From: Bipalium vagum
Lineage: Eukaryota
Length of the DNA: 32,228 nucleotides
Direction: 5' to 3'
Assembly: GCA_037834085.1 (NCBI GenBank)
Contig: JBBMKC010240415.1
Span: 1-32,228, forward strand
In this document: in pieces, positions 11,901 to 24,905 of the stretch
Numbering within the stretch: the stretch's first letter is position 1
Layout: each line of letters begins with the position of its first letter
Notes under the pieces: model-generated
Told to the model about the DNA's origin: nothing
The model's input: the letters and a program-made list of their open reading frames with translations, nothing else
Databases searched by the model: none
Translations under genes and position numbers: made by a program

Positions 11901-12463
11901 ATAATTTACAGAAAATCGGAAAATATACGGTCGAAGAATATCCTTACTTTGTGGAATGATTAAAAAGTCCAATAAAATTATGTTGGGAAAAATTTTCATC
12001 GTTCCCCTAATTTCCGATTTTTGCTTGAAAAACTATTATTATTATTATTATTAAATAAGAAAGTTAGAGTTTTTGGTTTCATTTAGAAAGGTTTTATTAC
12101 CACATACCGACCATGTATACCTGATGAAAATACACCTGTGTCAAATTACAAGTTAAAGCAGGAGAAAAATACGATTGTATGAATAAATTAAAGATTTCTG
12201 ACTCTGTCTTGTTTAAAAACAACATTATTTTTAGAAATCTTTCCGATACTAATTATGATAATATGAAGAAAAGGATATGCAAATCAGCTGTTCCTTGAGA
12301 CTTTGAGAAAGATAAAATGGTTAATGCGAAACTTTCGTTTCGGTAAAGAAATTGTCGGAAGACAAACTAGAAGAAGAAGGTCTCTTCAGTGGACCTACAT
12401 AATCAAAAAGCAAATCACAAAAGATATTTTTAAATATTTCTAAATGTAATTGTCATGTAAAAA

Positions 12464-12690
12464 NNNNNNNNNNNNNNNNNNNNNNNNNNNNNNNNNNNNN
12501 NNNNNNNNNNNNNNNNNNNNNNNNNNNNNNNNNNNNNNNNNNNNNNNNNNNNNNNNNNNNNNNNNNNNNNNNNNNNNNNNNNNNNNNNNNNNNNNNNNNN
12601 NNNNNNNNNNNNNNNNNNNNNNNNNNNNNNNNNNNNNNNNNNNNNNNNNNNNNNNNNNNNNNNNNNNNNNNNNNNNNNNNNNNNNNNNNN
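12464..12690. other. Assembly gap (227 N)
   Basis: Run of N directly visible; the three poly-X ORFs spanning it are artefacts. Confidence 1.
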
Positions 12691-13004
12691 TTATTTTTCC
12701 CAATTGTTTTACAATTTGAAAGTTCAAAAATGTTATTAAGAAATATCAATAAATTTTTTGATGTACGAAATTTTCAGTAAGATATAAGAAAAATTTATTG
12801 ATATTATTACTTATATATAGTTTTTTGTTTTTGTTCTTAATCATTAAAATAATTGTCCACCCTTTCTCTTTGTGTATTCATCATAATTATCCTTAAATTA
12901 GAGATCTGAAAATACTCGGAATTTCCAGTAACAAATATAAATTCATGCGTTTATGTAATATTTATTTTCTTTTGATTTTGTAAGACAATGTCCAATAGAA
13001 AAGA

Positions 13005-13822
13005 TATGCCCACTTTCAATAAAAACGCACCACTTAAAAATTAAAAGTGATTAAATAACATTGTCAAATTGTATCACATTTTTATGGAAAACACGTAGGA
13101 TCACTTGTGAGTCACATCATCTCGTCTTATTATCTTGGATTTGTCTTGGTTTAATACTAATTAAAAGATTTATGTAGTTCCATATTTGCTGACGAAGATT
13201 TTTTAATTCATCCAAAGTTTTAAGAATGAAATAAGACAGTTTCTGACGACCCATGATATCCAAATTATGTTCAAAAGGAAATAAATTTTGTGAGTATGCT
13301 GACTAAGTTATTGTTCCACTTCTGATTCTTTCCGAGAAAATTTCCTGTTATAATGACGGCGTGTGGTCTCATATTGCCCTGGTGAAAACTACTGCTTGCA
13401 AATATTTCCATTTATGGAAGTAATACAGGTCTCAGAATTTCATCGGTTTATCGAAGAACATTCAAATTAATTTTATACATACCAATGCTAAATGGAATTC
13501 AGACCAGATTACCATAATTCCAGGTATAACTCCTTTTTGATGTGGTAACATTTTAGCTAACATTTTGCAGTTATTCACAATAAAATCTCACCATAAACAG
13601 TACATGTTGCTAAAGTGCAGTGTTTTTCTTATTCCCGCCATTTTGTTAGATTTGATACGACCACTTCTTATTATTCATGAAGTCTTTACTTACATATTTA
13701 AATTGTGAACATTCAAAAATGTGAATACCTGGTTAAATTAGATCGACTGAAAAGCAGATGTAATATTTCCGATGTGACTCATTATAATAATAAAAAAGTG
13801 TTTTTTATTGAAAATGATTACA
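13005..13822 (-). mobile_element. Internally deleted, decayed Tc1 (DD34E) element
   Basis: Imperfect inverted ends CACTTTCAATAAAAACGCACCACTT (13011-13035) and AAGTGTTTTTTATTGAAAATG (13796-13816). Minus strand: RSGR; PGIMVIW; LNVLR*TDEILRPVLLP; FHQGNMRPH (cf. FQQDNARPH); *SAYSQNLFPFEHNLDIMGR (cf. WPAxSPDLNPIEHxWD); KTLDELK...IWNYI. Confidence 0.85.
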
Positions 13823-14650
13823 CATACCAAATAACTTTGATATTTAGACTGCACTTTTATCTATAGTGCATTTTTAATAAAATCTTATCCAAAATATGAG
13901 AAACTGTTTTCTTTTTAATTTTTGCCGATCTCACTTCAGCAATGATAAGCGATAATGATTACAGTATAGAGAATAATAATAAATTATTTTTCACCAGAAC
14001 TCTGTAAGAAAAAATAACGAAGATGAAAAAATATATATAATCAATTACTGAACAGTCTGAGACATTGAAAAACTTTTTGATTTATAGATTATATGTAATT
14101 AATTAAAGAGGGATGAATGTTTTTACATTGGAGTAGTCAATTTTCTGTCTATTTTAATGCTGATAAGTGAATTCATAAAATTTCTTACTAATTAATATTG
14201 ATTCAATTTATATATAAAACAATTAATTTTTTTTTCATTATTCACTCAAAGTCAATGATAATTCACTTTTATATCGGATTGGCAATTCTTCAAAAATTTT
14301 GGCTTCAAATGATGTTTCATTGAAAGATGGTTCACTAGCTAACGAGAATGATTTTCTTAATTGATTTGTTTAAAAATTAATTATAATTTAATTATTATGA
14401 AATAAAATATCTACCAATCATAAAATTATTAATTTCAATTTAATTAAAATTTAGATTATTTTTTTAGTTTATTTCAAACAACATTTTCCTTAAACAATTA
14501 TAAATAATTCTTCACATATAACACACACAACTAACTGAATAAAATATTTCGATAAATGTTATAATATTTTATTAATAACAAATTTGATTAGTGTACCACA
14601 AGTTTTTACCTATTTAAACAAACTCATTTCGAAATTTAAGTTATTGAATT

Positions 14651-14735
14651 ATTATTATTCTTATTATTATTATTCTTATTATTTTTTTTTAATTTATTTA
14701 ATTAATTTATTTTTTTTAATTATTATTATTAATTA
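14651..14735. repeat. Imperfect (ATT)n microsatellite / AT low-complexity tract
   Basis: attattattcttattattattattcttattatt... followed by A/T-only sequence. Confidence 0.8.
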
Positions 14736-16184
14736 TATTGTGAATATATAAATTATAAATTTATATTATTGGTTATATTTTATAATTCATAATAAAAGTA
14801 GAGTAATCATCATTATGGTTCCAATTGGGAACAATTAAATTTATCAGTCTTAACAAAGAATAGACAATGGAAATTAATAAATTCCGTTGTATAATTTACA
14901 ATGATGGACTGTTTAAAGTTGAATGACCATTTCTGCCAATATTATAACTTTTATAAAATATTATTTTATTGAAATGAATATAAAACAGAAACCATACAAT
15001 TGTGGAAATAAAAGTTTATACTCGGTCGAAAGTTGACACTTAGAACACCAAGCAAAATTTTGAATATATAATGTCAATAATGGAAACAAAACTTCAGTGA
15101 GAGGGAACTAACGTAAAGTTTTAATTACATAAATTAATTAAAAAACAATAAATTTTCAACGTTTCTTTTTCAGTTTTTTAATTTTAATCAAATTTATTCT
15201 TTTTCAACTTTCCGAAATATATTGCGCAATATTTCTCTACGTAAACTATGATAAATATTTTGAATAATTTTATTTATTTATTTTATGATATTAATATTGA
15301 AAAAATATTTTTTAAAATTTTCTTAACTGAACGAAGTTTTACTACTTGAAAACATCGGAATTAATAATAAATAATATCTTAGACAGAATATTATTATTTT
15401 TATAATTTTCCAGTTTACTTTTCTTAGATTATTTAAAAATATTATTTATTATGAAATATTTTCTGATTTGATATAAAAACAAGAGCATGATATTCTGTTT
15501 CAAGAAGCTTTATAAAAGACGTCTCAGAATCTCTTAAAAACCATCTTTACTTGTTTAATACGAGCTAAAAACTGTTAAATAATATTATTTTATATTAATA
15601 TTTTATATATTTCAACAGTAATTTTTAATTTATTATTTATATAAGATTTATTGTTATGTAACGTGTCTAATCATTACATCTGAAAACGAATTTTATTTCA
15701 GCTTCTTTTAGGGAAACACGATTTGTCTTATTTTTATGAAAGGAAGTCTACGGACATAAATAACTTTGATTAAATCTTCAGTAATACTAATGATGATTTT
15801 TCAAGTGTATTTTGCAAGCTGGAAATCAAATTAATTAATCCATTACTACTCAGAAAATAGTTACAAATGGGTATCCCTGGCTTAATTGACTAGCTACCAG
15901 ATGTCAAAATGCTTCCTTTGCAAATAACCAAACTCCTCTATACGTAGAGATAAGTTTAGACACCAAAGTCTAATCAGCAATTCAATAAATGTTTTAATAT
16001 CCAACGTAAGAATAATACTATAACCATTATAAGTAGTAAATAAATGCTCAAAAAACCTTCGATCAAATATTTTTTTTCTTATACTGTCAACGTTACCAAC
16101 TTGGTTTCAATAAAAAATTGATCTCACTATGAATTTCGTGATTATCATTCATAGGTGAAATGTTATATTATACAAATATAATAT

Positions 16185-16491
16185 AATCCAACTTGTTGAG
16201 AGGTTCAGATGCAGTCACGTGACCATAGGAAATCATTTACATTTAATTGGTAAATTTTATACATGTGGTAAATGGATCCGACATCAACTTAGTCTTGAAA
16301 CATGGCAGTACGTGTTAGTTTTTATCAAATGTGTTTTTTGCGAATCAAAGCAAAGTATTATTGTTAAAATAATACTTACGTCAAATGAGAAGTTTTTGAA
16401 TTTGGTGAAATTGGTCGGTTTGATTCATATAAATGTTTGTTGCCTTCCGTATAAGAATTTGTTTTTAAAAATAACAACCTTTCTAACCTGA
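16185..16491 (+). mobile_element. Mariner transposase fragment (second HTH to first Asp)
   Basis: QLVERFRCSHVTIGNHLHLIGKFYTCGKWIRHQLS (cf. TIxNHLxxIGK...GxWVPHxL) and ILTSNEKF (cf. IVTGDEKW). Confidence 0.8.
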
Positions 16492-17509
16492 CCTAATATT
16501 CTCTTATAATTTTTTTTTAAAATTCATATTTTAATATTTTGCGGTGTTAAACTCTCATCAACAGATTAAAATCTCATCAATAACTTACCAACCATTTAAT
16601 GTTTATGCACAATTGCTGGTGCTACTTCGTTCCTCGGTTTTGAATTTGTAACTTATTATTTTAGTGACCCCAGTGTTACAAGCAATCAATGTAAATTTCA
16701 AACTAGTGGATAAATAATTTTTCAAAGTCTATTTGAAAGCTAATAGTGGAATACTTACTAACACAGGTTTATTGCACCATGTTTCCTTTTGTGTATTTTA
16801 AACTTATGAACCGGTCTCCTTCCTATTGTTTATGTTAAACAATATTTGTTAATTGAAGATCATAACAAACTTATAACAAAAAATATCCACTAGTCTTTGT
16901 TAATTTACCCAGATACAAGGATGATATAAAATAAAATCTTTAAAATTTGATGAAGTAATCCGATAAAGCAGGATTAAATCATCAATATCATAAAATGTAG
17001 AATAATTCGAACTTAAATATAAGATAATTAGTGTACATTCAATATTGAACAGAAAGTTATTTTAAATATTTCATTATTTATTATAAATGATTATAATTTT
17101 ATTTTATTAAATATTTTCAAATTAAAAATAAAATAAATATTGAATAAATAAATAAAATTTATAAATTATAATTGTATTCTATTAAAAGCTAATTTTAAAG
17201 GTGCACTTTATTTTTTCAATTATTTTTAAAAATTAAATATGATTTTATGAGGACTTACTGAAAACCAAGTGAAATTATTATATAACATAATAATTGTAAT
17301 ATTAATAATTATTAATACCACATTATACGCTTGAATTTTACTAATCTAAATATAGAAATACAAAGTGAAATATAAATAATGGATTGGAAATATTTTGGAA
17401 AAAGCATTTGGTACATGATAGAAATTTATATTTATATTTATTTATGTACAAAGGTAAGTAACAATACCGTATAAAAATATTTTATCAAAATCCAGAATTT
17501 TCTTTTCAA

Positions 17510-18200
17510 CTTTATCAAACATAATTGCCTGAACATTTGGAATTTTTTGTTTGAATTGATTAAATATAATTCATTATAATAAATAAGGTAGTTCACTACA
17601 AATATTTTAATAAGTTATTTGTTTACAAAAGGAAAAGATAAATCTATAATATATAGCACCAAACCGATTCTGGGAATGACTGAATTTGATAGCGTAAATG
17701 TATGTAACTATCCATTATTGTGTTGCAAAATCATTTTGTTTGAATTTTAAGGACAACTTTTACAAATGCTGCTTTTTATCAAAAAATTCGTTTGTGATAC
17801 GTATCGGATGTCTGACTTTTCTAAAGTAAATCATAATGAGGAACTCTTGTTTACTTCAACCAAAGGCAAAACATTGTTTTTTTGTGAAAAAGATCTATTT
17901 TTGTCTTCTTAGTTGCACGTTTTCCTTGATTCAACTTAAATCAATTCATGAATTCGATTTTTTATTATTACAGATAATTTTAAGTAATAAGTAGGATTGA
18001 TGCTGTATGGTTCTGAGGAGTGATAAGACGAAAAAAATGTTTTATTAACATTTTGAAGTTTGTGTGGTTCATCTGACACACGAAGGAAACGTGCAGTTAA
18101 TTTTATTATTTTTCCAATTTTATAAAAATTTCTGATGTTTATTGTTTTGTCAACTTCTATTTCATTAGCCTATCAAAATTGTTCTTATATTTTTTATTTA
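17510..18200 (-). mobile_element. Decayed mariner transposase remnant
   Basis: Minus strand MFCLWLK*TRVPHYDLL*KSQTSDTYHK (cf. MLCVWW...G..HYELL), MILQHNNG (cf. LLQHDNA) and C-terminal CSGNYV near 17517-17537. Boundaries approximate. Confidence 0.6.
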
Positions 18201-20951
18201 TTTTATTATAGAAAAATATCTTTGTTTGTTCTTTTGCAAATGCTTATGCTCTGTAAACTATGATATATAAATCAAAACTGTGTATTCTCTTCAATCATAT
18301 GCGCCATTTTCATAAGCCGAAATAAAATTATCATTAAACGTTAACTTTAGAAAACTAAATTGCATATTGATTTGTTTCTTTTCATAAAAAAATTATAAAT
18401 TGTTTAATTATAGTAATAAATTAAACAGACTAAAAATATTTATGCATCAATCCAAGAAATAAAATATAAAAATTTTGTATATATAAATCTGCATTCGTTT
18501 AAACTTTTGTACAGGAAAATTTTCTTAAAATATAAAATATTATTTTCTAATATTTATTCTCAGTGATTCATTGATCAAAAAAATAATTTAAAAAATTGAA
18601 AAATATTCGACTAAAATTTTTTTAAATTTATTTAATTGTTAATGATTTTTGTTCCATTTTCATATTTAAACATTTTCGCTCTCATTTAAAATTTAATGAT
18701 TTATTGTTCACTATTCTTTAAGTTAATAATTTTAATAAATAACCATTCATTTATAATTATAATTCGTCTTTGTTTAACTGGAAAATTGATTTGTTTCAAA
18801 TTTTGCAAATAAAAGTAATTTGATAAGTAAAAATATATTTTAAATAATTTTCTTGAAAATGAAAAAAATTAAATTTTAAATTTTAAATTAAATTGTCTTA
18901 GGTCTTTCAAAAAGTTTTACCTGTTAAAGAATGAATATATCAACTAGCTCATTTTTAAATTCATGACATGGCTGTTGATGAATTTTCACAGTGCTGTTTT
19001 CACCTGATTTAAACAAAACCTGTATTAAGAATCGTTTTTCAATAATCGTGCTTAGGGTCATAATTTTTAAAGTAATATATTTTAACAAAGTAACAATATT
19101 TTTCTAAATAATTCTTGTTATCTATAAGTAAATATTTGGTTGTTCGAATAGTCACTTCGCTTTTCTTCTACATTTTTTATCTTAATTTAAAGTAATTCAC
19201 TTTAAATGTTGGGATATTCAAATTGCCTAGTAGATGGCAGAAGGTCTTGGAACCAAAAGGACAATATACCTTTGATTAAAATATTTATTACTAATAAAAA
19301 TTTTGCTATTATGTTTTATTAAAACTGTGAATGGATTTCTGAACAACCCAATAGAATTTTATTTATAAAGATCGATATTTTAATTAATTAATGCACAAAA
19401 TGAAAGATGAATCATCATTTCTCGATTTTTGTCAGCTACTTTAAACATATTTGAACTCGTATAAAAAGTCAGCTGGTTTTCCTTCACATTTATCAATATC
19501 TTCAAACCCTTAATTACATGTAAAATGTAATCAAAACCAAATTTAATATTATCAGATACATTAAAATGGACATTTAGATTTTAATAATATTCATACATCA
19601 CAATATTACAAAAATATCACATCGATATAAAAGCCGAAATTCCTTACCATGAAGAAAATATTAATTTTTATCAATTACGACTCATAATTAAGCTTTAATT
19701 GTACGCTTCTCAGTTGAATATTTAAACATTTTATATATTGACACTGTAATATTTTGTTCACTAGTTTCTCCTTTTAACATCTCTTTTGACTGTTGTGAAT
19801 TTGAAAGAATTGCATAAAAGAATTGATTGGTATTAATTTATCCTTATATTGTATATAAAACAAAATGACATTGTATTTCTAATAGGTATTCACCATTTAA
19901 TTGATTAATGGAAACTTTTAGATTACTTCCTTGACAAAGTTTTGCCTGAATAAAATGTTAAGACATTATTTTTAGTTTCATCCTTACTTATTTTCTTTTC
20001 ATCACTTCTCATTCTTCGAGACTTTCGTCTGTTTGACAGATATTATGAGGTTTTCTTCTTATTATTTATATTATTTATATCTTGCAGCGCTGATCTGTGA
20101 TTCGAAAATAGTTGACTTTAATGTTTAGTAAAAATTATTTTCAATTAACATTATAAGCCATATTTTTAATTAACGCTGAGGTGACAGACAAATTAATTTC
20201 GTAATTGTATTACCTTCTCCATTCTAATAAAAATATTATTTCCAATCTACGGATTCAATCTTTTCTCCATTAACCATAACTTTAATTAAACCACTCTCAC
20301 AAGAATCAGAACAAATGAAATGTTGCTTTTTTATAATAATAATTAATATTTCTCATTATTTAATTCTTTTTTCAGATCTTAAGTCTATTAAAAAAAATCT
20401 ATTAAAATCAATTCCGTACTTTTAATTTAGTAAAACAAATAAGCAATATATAAATTTTTAGTGTACAGAAAATTTTCATTATTAACGGACAAAAAATTTT
20501 AATTATTATAATTTTATATATTGAAGAATTTTATTTTCTGTAAACATCAAAGAACATTATTATTGAAGTGCTGAATTTTTATAAATAAAAATTATTAAAG
20601 TTAAAACAGTTGAAATATGTTCAAGAATTTTTTTTATATCACTGAAAAATACAAAATTTTTTATTTTTTTGAAAATTAAAAGTATTTATATAATAGTAGA
20701 AAAAGTAATAATTTATATAATATATATTATTGTTTTATTTATATTATTGTTAATATTCTTTTCCAAAAATGATAATGTTAAATTTAATAGGTTCAATACT
20801 TTTTTATTAAAAAATTGAAATCCAAATTTTGAATATTAAAACAAATTATCATTGTCCCATGAATTGTTCAAAAACAATTTTTATTAATTCTAATTGCAAT
20901 TTATTTTTTAATTATCACTTTTTAAATTTTTATATTACAATTATAATTATA

Positions 20952-21818
20952 CCGTGTCTTTAATAAGTCACTACAAAAAATTAAAGTCATATATTGATTG
21001 AAAATATTAATATTTTTCAAGTAATTTTCTTACATTTGTATTACCGAGTATTTAAATTAGTTTTAATTTATAAATGTAAACTGAAATGAGCCTCTGGACC
21101 ATTTGGATTTATATTCATAATGACACATTATATTTCTCCAGTGAATCCACTTTCCAATTATGTTCACCATCAGAGCTGCAGGATAAATGGAACTGAGAAG
21201 TCAACAGAAGCGTGTGAATACCGAGATAAATCTTCAAAAGTTAATGTCTGTTGTGTCATGTCATCAGACTGAATCATTCAGCTGTACGTTTTATGAAAGT
21301 TTAAATAAAGAAAATTTCCTTTAGAAGATGAGGAATTATTTTAACAATTTATACAAAAGGAAGGCTTGGCTTCGAGGATAATTTTCCCACTGGATGCAGC
21401 GCCAGTTTACTATACTATAGCAGTACGAAAATAAGTGAATGAAAACGTCTCAGGTATATGGATATGGAGAAGAGAACTGATAGAATGAGCAGATAAATCT
21501 CCGGATCTCTCACTTTTATAGATTTATAGGTGCAATTAAAAGAAAAGGTGCACTCTAAACAGTTTCAAAATAATGATCAATTATGTTCCGCTATAAAAAT
21601 GAAATTCCATTAGGCATGATACATTGGGACGAGTGATTTTAGAAATTTCAAAATTAATGAAAGAAAATGGTGTTCATATCGATCAATTTTGTGATTACTT
21701 TATTTGTCGTTCACTTTTAAACTTTGTTATACATATTGTAAACAAAATCAATAATTGGTTCTTAAATTACTAAAGATATTTTAAATTTAAATTGTACGGT
21801 AATTTATTAAACACAGGT
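20952..21818 (+). mobile_element. Internally deleted rosa-type (DD41D) element
   Basis: Degenerate inverted ends TA|CCGTGTCTTTAATAAGTCACTACAA and TTGTACGGTAATTTATTAAACACAGGT|TA. Translation: LYFSSESTF...HQSCRINGTEK...SSKVNVCCVMS..II; FPLDAAPVYY...VRK*VNENVSGIWIWR...KSPDLSLL, with 41 residues from D2 to the decayed D3 position; C-terminal ENGVHIDQF. Confidence 0.85.
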
Positions 21819-21858
21819 TATTTATTTATATTGCGTTCATAAAACCAAATATTCACTA

Positions 21859-22092
21859 CAGTCCCCGCCAAAAGTCTTTGGGCACTCTTAAAATTCTAGA
21901 AAAAAGCATTTTTATGATTCTAGTCATTAATATTTATTAAGTACAAAGGTAAAGAACGTTAACGACATTAGAAATAAGTTCACAATCATTAATCAAAATT
22001 TATCAATAAAAAAATAAATAACTGAAGAATAAATAACTAAAGGATAAACTAGGCTTTTTTACATGGTGGCCAAAAACTTTTGGCGGGGACTG
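21859..22092. mobile_element. 234-bp Tc1-type MITE with 27-bp TIRs and TA TSD
   Basis: TA|CAGTCCCCGCCAAAAGTCTTTGGGCAC (21859-21885) and GTGGCCAAAAACTTTTGGCGGGGACTG|TA (22066-22092); 25/27 match, outer 17 bp perfect; non-coding AT-rich interior. Confidence 0.95.
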
Positions 22093-23077
22093 TATAAAGA
22101 ATTTTTTTAAAAATATTTACCATATTTAAAAATTATTTTTATAAATATGAAACTCCCAATGTGTGAACAATAAATCCCTGTAGACATCGTTCTCTTTTAG
22201 ATATTTTAGGAAAAACAAATCTTTTAATTATTTAATCTAATATTTATAATTATTATTTTTTGTTACTATTGAGAAAATTATTTTTGTTATAATTCTACCT
22301 TAGAACTGTTTCGTTTCTGACATTTGTTTTTCTAATATAATCAACTTTTTTTAATAAATTACGGATAGCAAATAGAACTAACCCTCACAGTCTCATACAA
22401 TCTTTTACACATTGGACAGTTTGAGCCCATGCGAACATTTGTAAAAAATAGTAATCACTATTTAAGCATAAATACAAAATAAATCATTATTAAAAGTAAT
22501 TCCTGAAAACACTTAATATATTTTTATTCTTATTTTTATTTGTTTAAAGTAATAAAAGAATAAATGTACGTGGGAAGGAAAAGTGAAAAAAACTAATGAA
22601 GTATTTGGGGAGAGGAGACATAAAAAGTCATATAAAGGAATTGAATGCCTCCCCATTCACTTATCCACTTATACATTTGTTGATTAAAGTAATTTATTGT
22701 GAAACACTTATTTTGTATGGAAAAGAGTTTTATTATGGTTTTTTCCTAAAATATTATTCTTTTTATAAAACCTATTAAATGATTTTCTGATTTTTCTAAA
22801 TAGTTTTTGAATAATTTTTTTATTGTACGTAGTAATGATATTCACTTCTTGTTTTACTGCATTACGTATTTTAAATATAATTTTTTGAACCTTCTTGAAT
22901 TTTAATTTTTATTTATTTATTTTATCATATTAATATCTCTTTAAATATTTGTATTATTAATATTCATGATATATTTTTATTTATAATATTGTAATTATAT
23001 ATATTTGATTCCAAATGATCTCAAATTTCAGTATTGAAGTAGTCAAAAATATATTATTTCTCAAAATTGATTTCGTA

Positions 23078-23088
23078 TAATAATAATC

Positions 23089-23133
<45 letters not shown>

Positions 23134-23184
23134 TATTATTATTATTATTTTCTTTTTATTATTATTATTTAGGTATTATTATTA
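23078..23184. repeat. (TAA)n microsatellite followed by interrupted (TTA)n
   Basis: About 18 TAA units to 23133, then TTA runs at 23135-23149, 23157-23169 and 23174-23184. Confidence 0.95.
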
Positions 23185-23566
23185 TGACTCTAAAATACAA
23201 AATTACCTCTTCATAATTTTCTTCTAACATCTCCAATAAGAATAAGAAATAAAATGATAAAAAGTAAAAAAAAAAAGTAAACTATTTTGAAGACTAATTA
23301 AAAAAATATAGAATTCTCTTTGAAACTTAAATTTAATATGAATAAATGTAAAATCTTTTGGGAAATAAAGATCTTTTATCAGGGATTCTCAACGAATAAT
23401 AACAATCATCAGAGAAATTTTCATCAATACTGAAGTCAGATGAAGAAAACAAAAGGATAATCATTTCTGCAGAATTTAGATTACCAGTCTCGGCTTCTCG
23501 AAAAAGAGATATTTTAATGAAGTTTTTTCACTAAACTTAAATATACAATTTTTCCGGAAGAATAAG

Positions 23567-23568
<2 letters not shown>

Positions 23569-23602
<34 letters not shown>
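23569..23602. repeat. (TA)n microsatellite
   Basis: About 14 TA units directly visible. Confidence 0.95.
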
Positions 23603-23646
23603 TTTTTTATCGAGCCTCTTAATTGGCTTAAATTTAAATATTATTA

Positions 23647-24880
23647 TTGGGTCAAGGAAGAAGGAATTTCGTATTTTGTTAATATATTTAAAGCTGCAGA
23701 GAAACGAACAGTATATGAATGTCAATCAATGATATACTCCTAGGATTGAACAACTTGTGACCATCTCGGCAAGAGTGCTTCTATACTTTTACTATAAAAT
23801 TCGAGATTGTTTAAGTCAAAAAATGTCCTAGATGGTTTTTTTGATAGTTTTTCAAATTTTGAAACTTCTTCCCAATTTTGAATAAGTCGAAATAAGTATG
23901 AAGCTATGTCAGGAAAAGATGATAGGTGTGGTAAAACCTCCCATTCAATCATCGGTGTCTTTTCCTTAGTCAATCGAGCTGTATATAGTTTTGCATTGTT
24001 GTGTTACACAATCAAACTTTTTCCGTTTCTAAACATAGTCCTGATACTTTTCCGTAATCTCAATCATGATTCCCACCTCATTTCCTTAAATTTCCTAGAG
24101 ATCATGTTTGAACAATGCGCTGATGCATTATTAAGCTCATAAATATTTTTCTTTATAAAAGACTTTTTAAAACAATTTTAAATCCACCTTCAATTTATCA
24201 ATTTGTTTGCAACAAACAAATTGGTTTACTGTTGTTTTTTTCGGAGGCACATTCAATAAAGAAATACCACGCATATCCCACCAAACAGAAATCATAATCT
24301 CTTTTGACATAAAGAACTTTTTAAAATCGGAATAGCATCTTCATTTGTATTTACCCATGATCTTTTCCGTATCAAGATGGAGAATAAATCTAACTTTTCA
24401 TCAGTGGTAACAACAGATCCTAGCCGATTGAAATGACGACCTATTGTGAGCAGGCGTTGACAAATAATTATATGCGCGAATTTATTGTTATTAGTCAAAT
24501 AATATGGCACTCATTTTCCAATTTTATTGACTTTTGCCAGGTTGTGCAAATGACATTCAATGGTTTCATGAATACAATTAAACTTTTGAGCAAGTTTTCG
24601 GTTGTCATAGTGGAATTTTCTTCGTTCATTGTTAAAAATGCGTCATCATCGACATCTATAAGTCGACCAACACTAGGTTAATCTTTAAGACAAAAATCTT
24701 CTGAACCAAAATAGTTATAAAAATTAAAGCTAGTCACGCGGTTGATTACATTCTTATTATTAATAAATGTAACGCATGTAAACTTTTGTGTTTTGGTTGC
24801 ATTTATTTTGTAGTGATATATGATAAGAATATGTAAAGCATATCACGATAACTTGATATTATCAGTCAATGTTGATGATT
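23647..24880 (-). mobile_element. Decayed mariner (DD34D type), apparently chimeric; 5' TIR missing
   Basis: TIR-like TATTGGGTCAAGGAAGAAGGAATTTCGTATTT at about 23646-23677. Minus strand: FCLKD*PSVGRLIDVDDD; TIECHLHNLAKVNKIGK*VPYYLT; VVTTDEKL; IMISVWWDMRG; HNNAKLYTA; WEVLPHLSSFPDIASYLFR; FYSKSIEALLPRWSQVV. Confidence 0.9.
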
Positions 24881-24905
24881 CTTATTCATTTTTTTAATTG
24901 ATAAA

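Noticed and set aside
12440-12749. Three ORFs of 89-98 aa spanning the gap
   Set aside because: Almost entirely X residues from N bases; artefacts.
12851-12862. AATTGTCCACCC matching the reverse complement of the TIR-like motif at 76-102
   Set aside because: Only 12 bp, no terminal CAGT or TA, and the orientation is outward-facing, so it cannot bound one element with the first motif.
15800-15960. Possible rosa/maT catalytic remnant (ICNYFL) on the minus strand
   Set aside because: Too decayed to support by eye.
16590-19060. Weak Tc1-like words (IGRRPVHK near 16805-16825 minus; SPDLN near 19001-19015 plus)
   Set aside because: Single short motifs without supporting context.
20170-20320. Minus-strand GLIKVMVNGEKIESVDWK resembling a retropepsin start
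   Set aside because: No D(T/S)G catalytic motif, and stops follow immediately.
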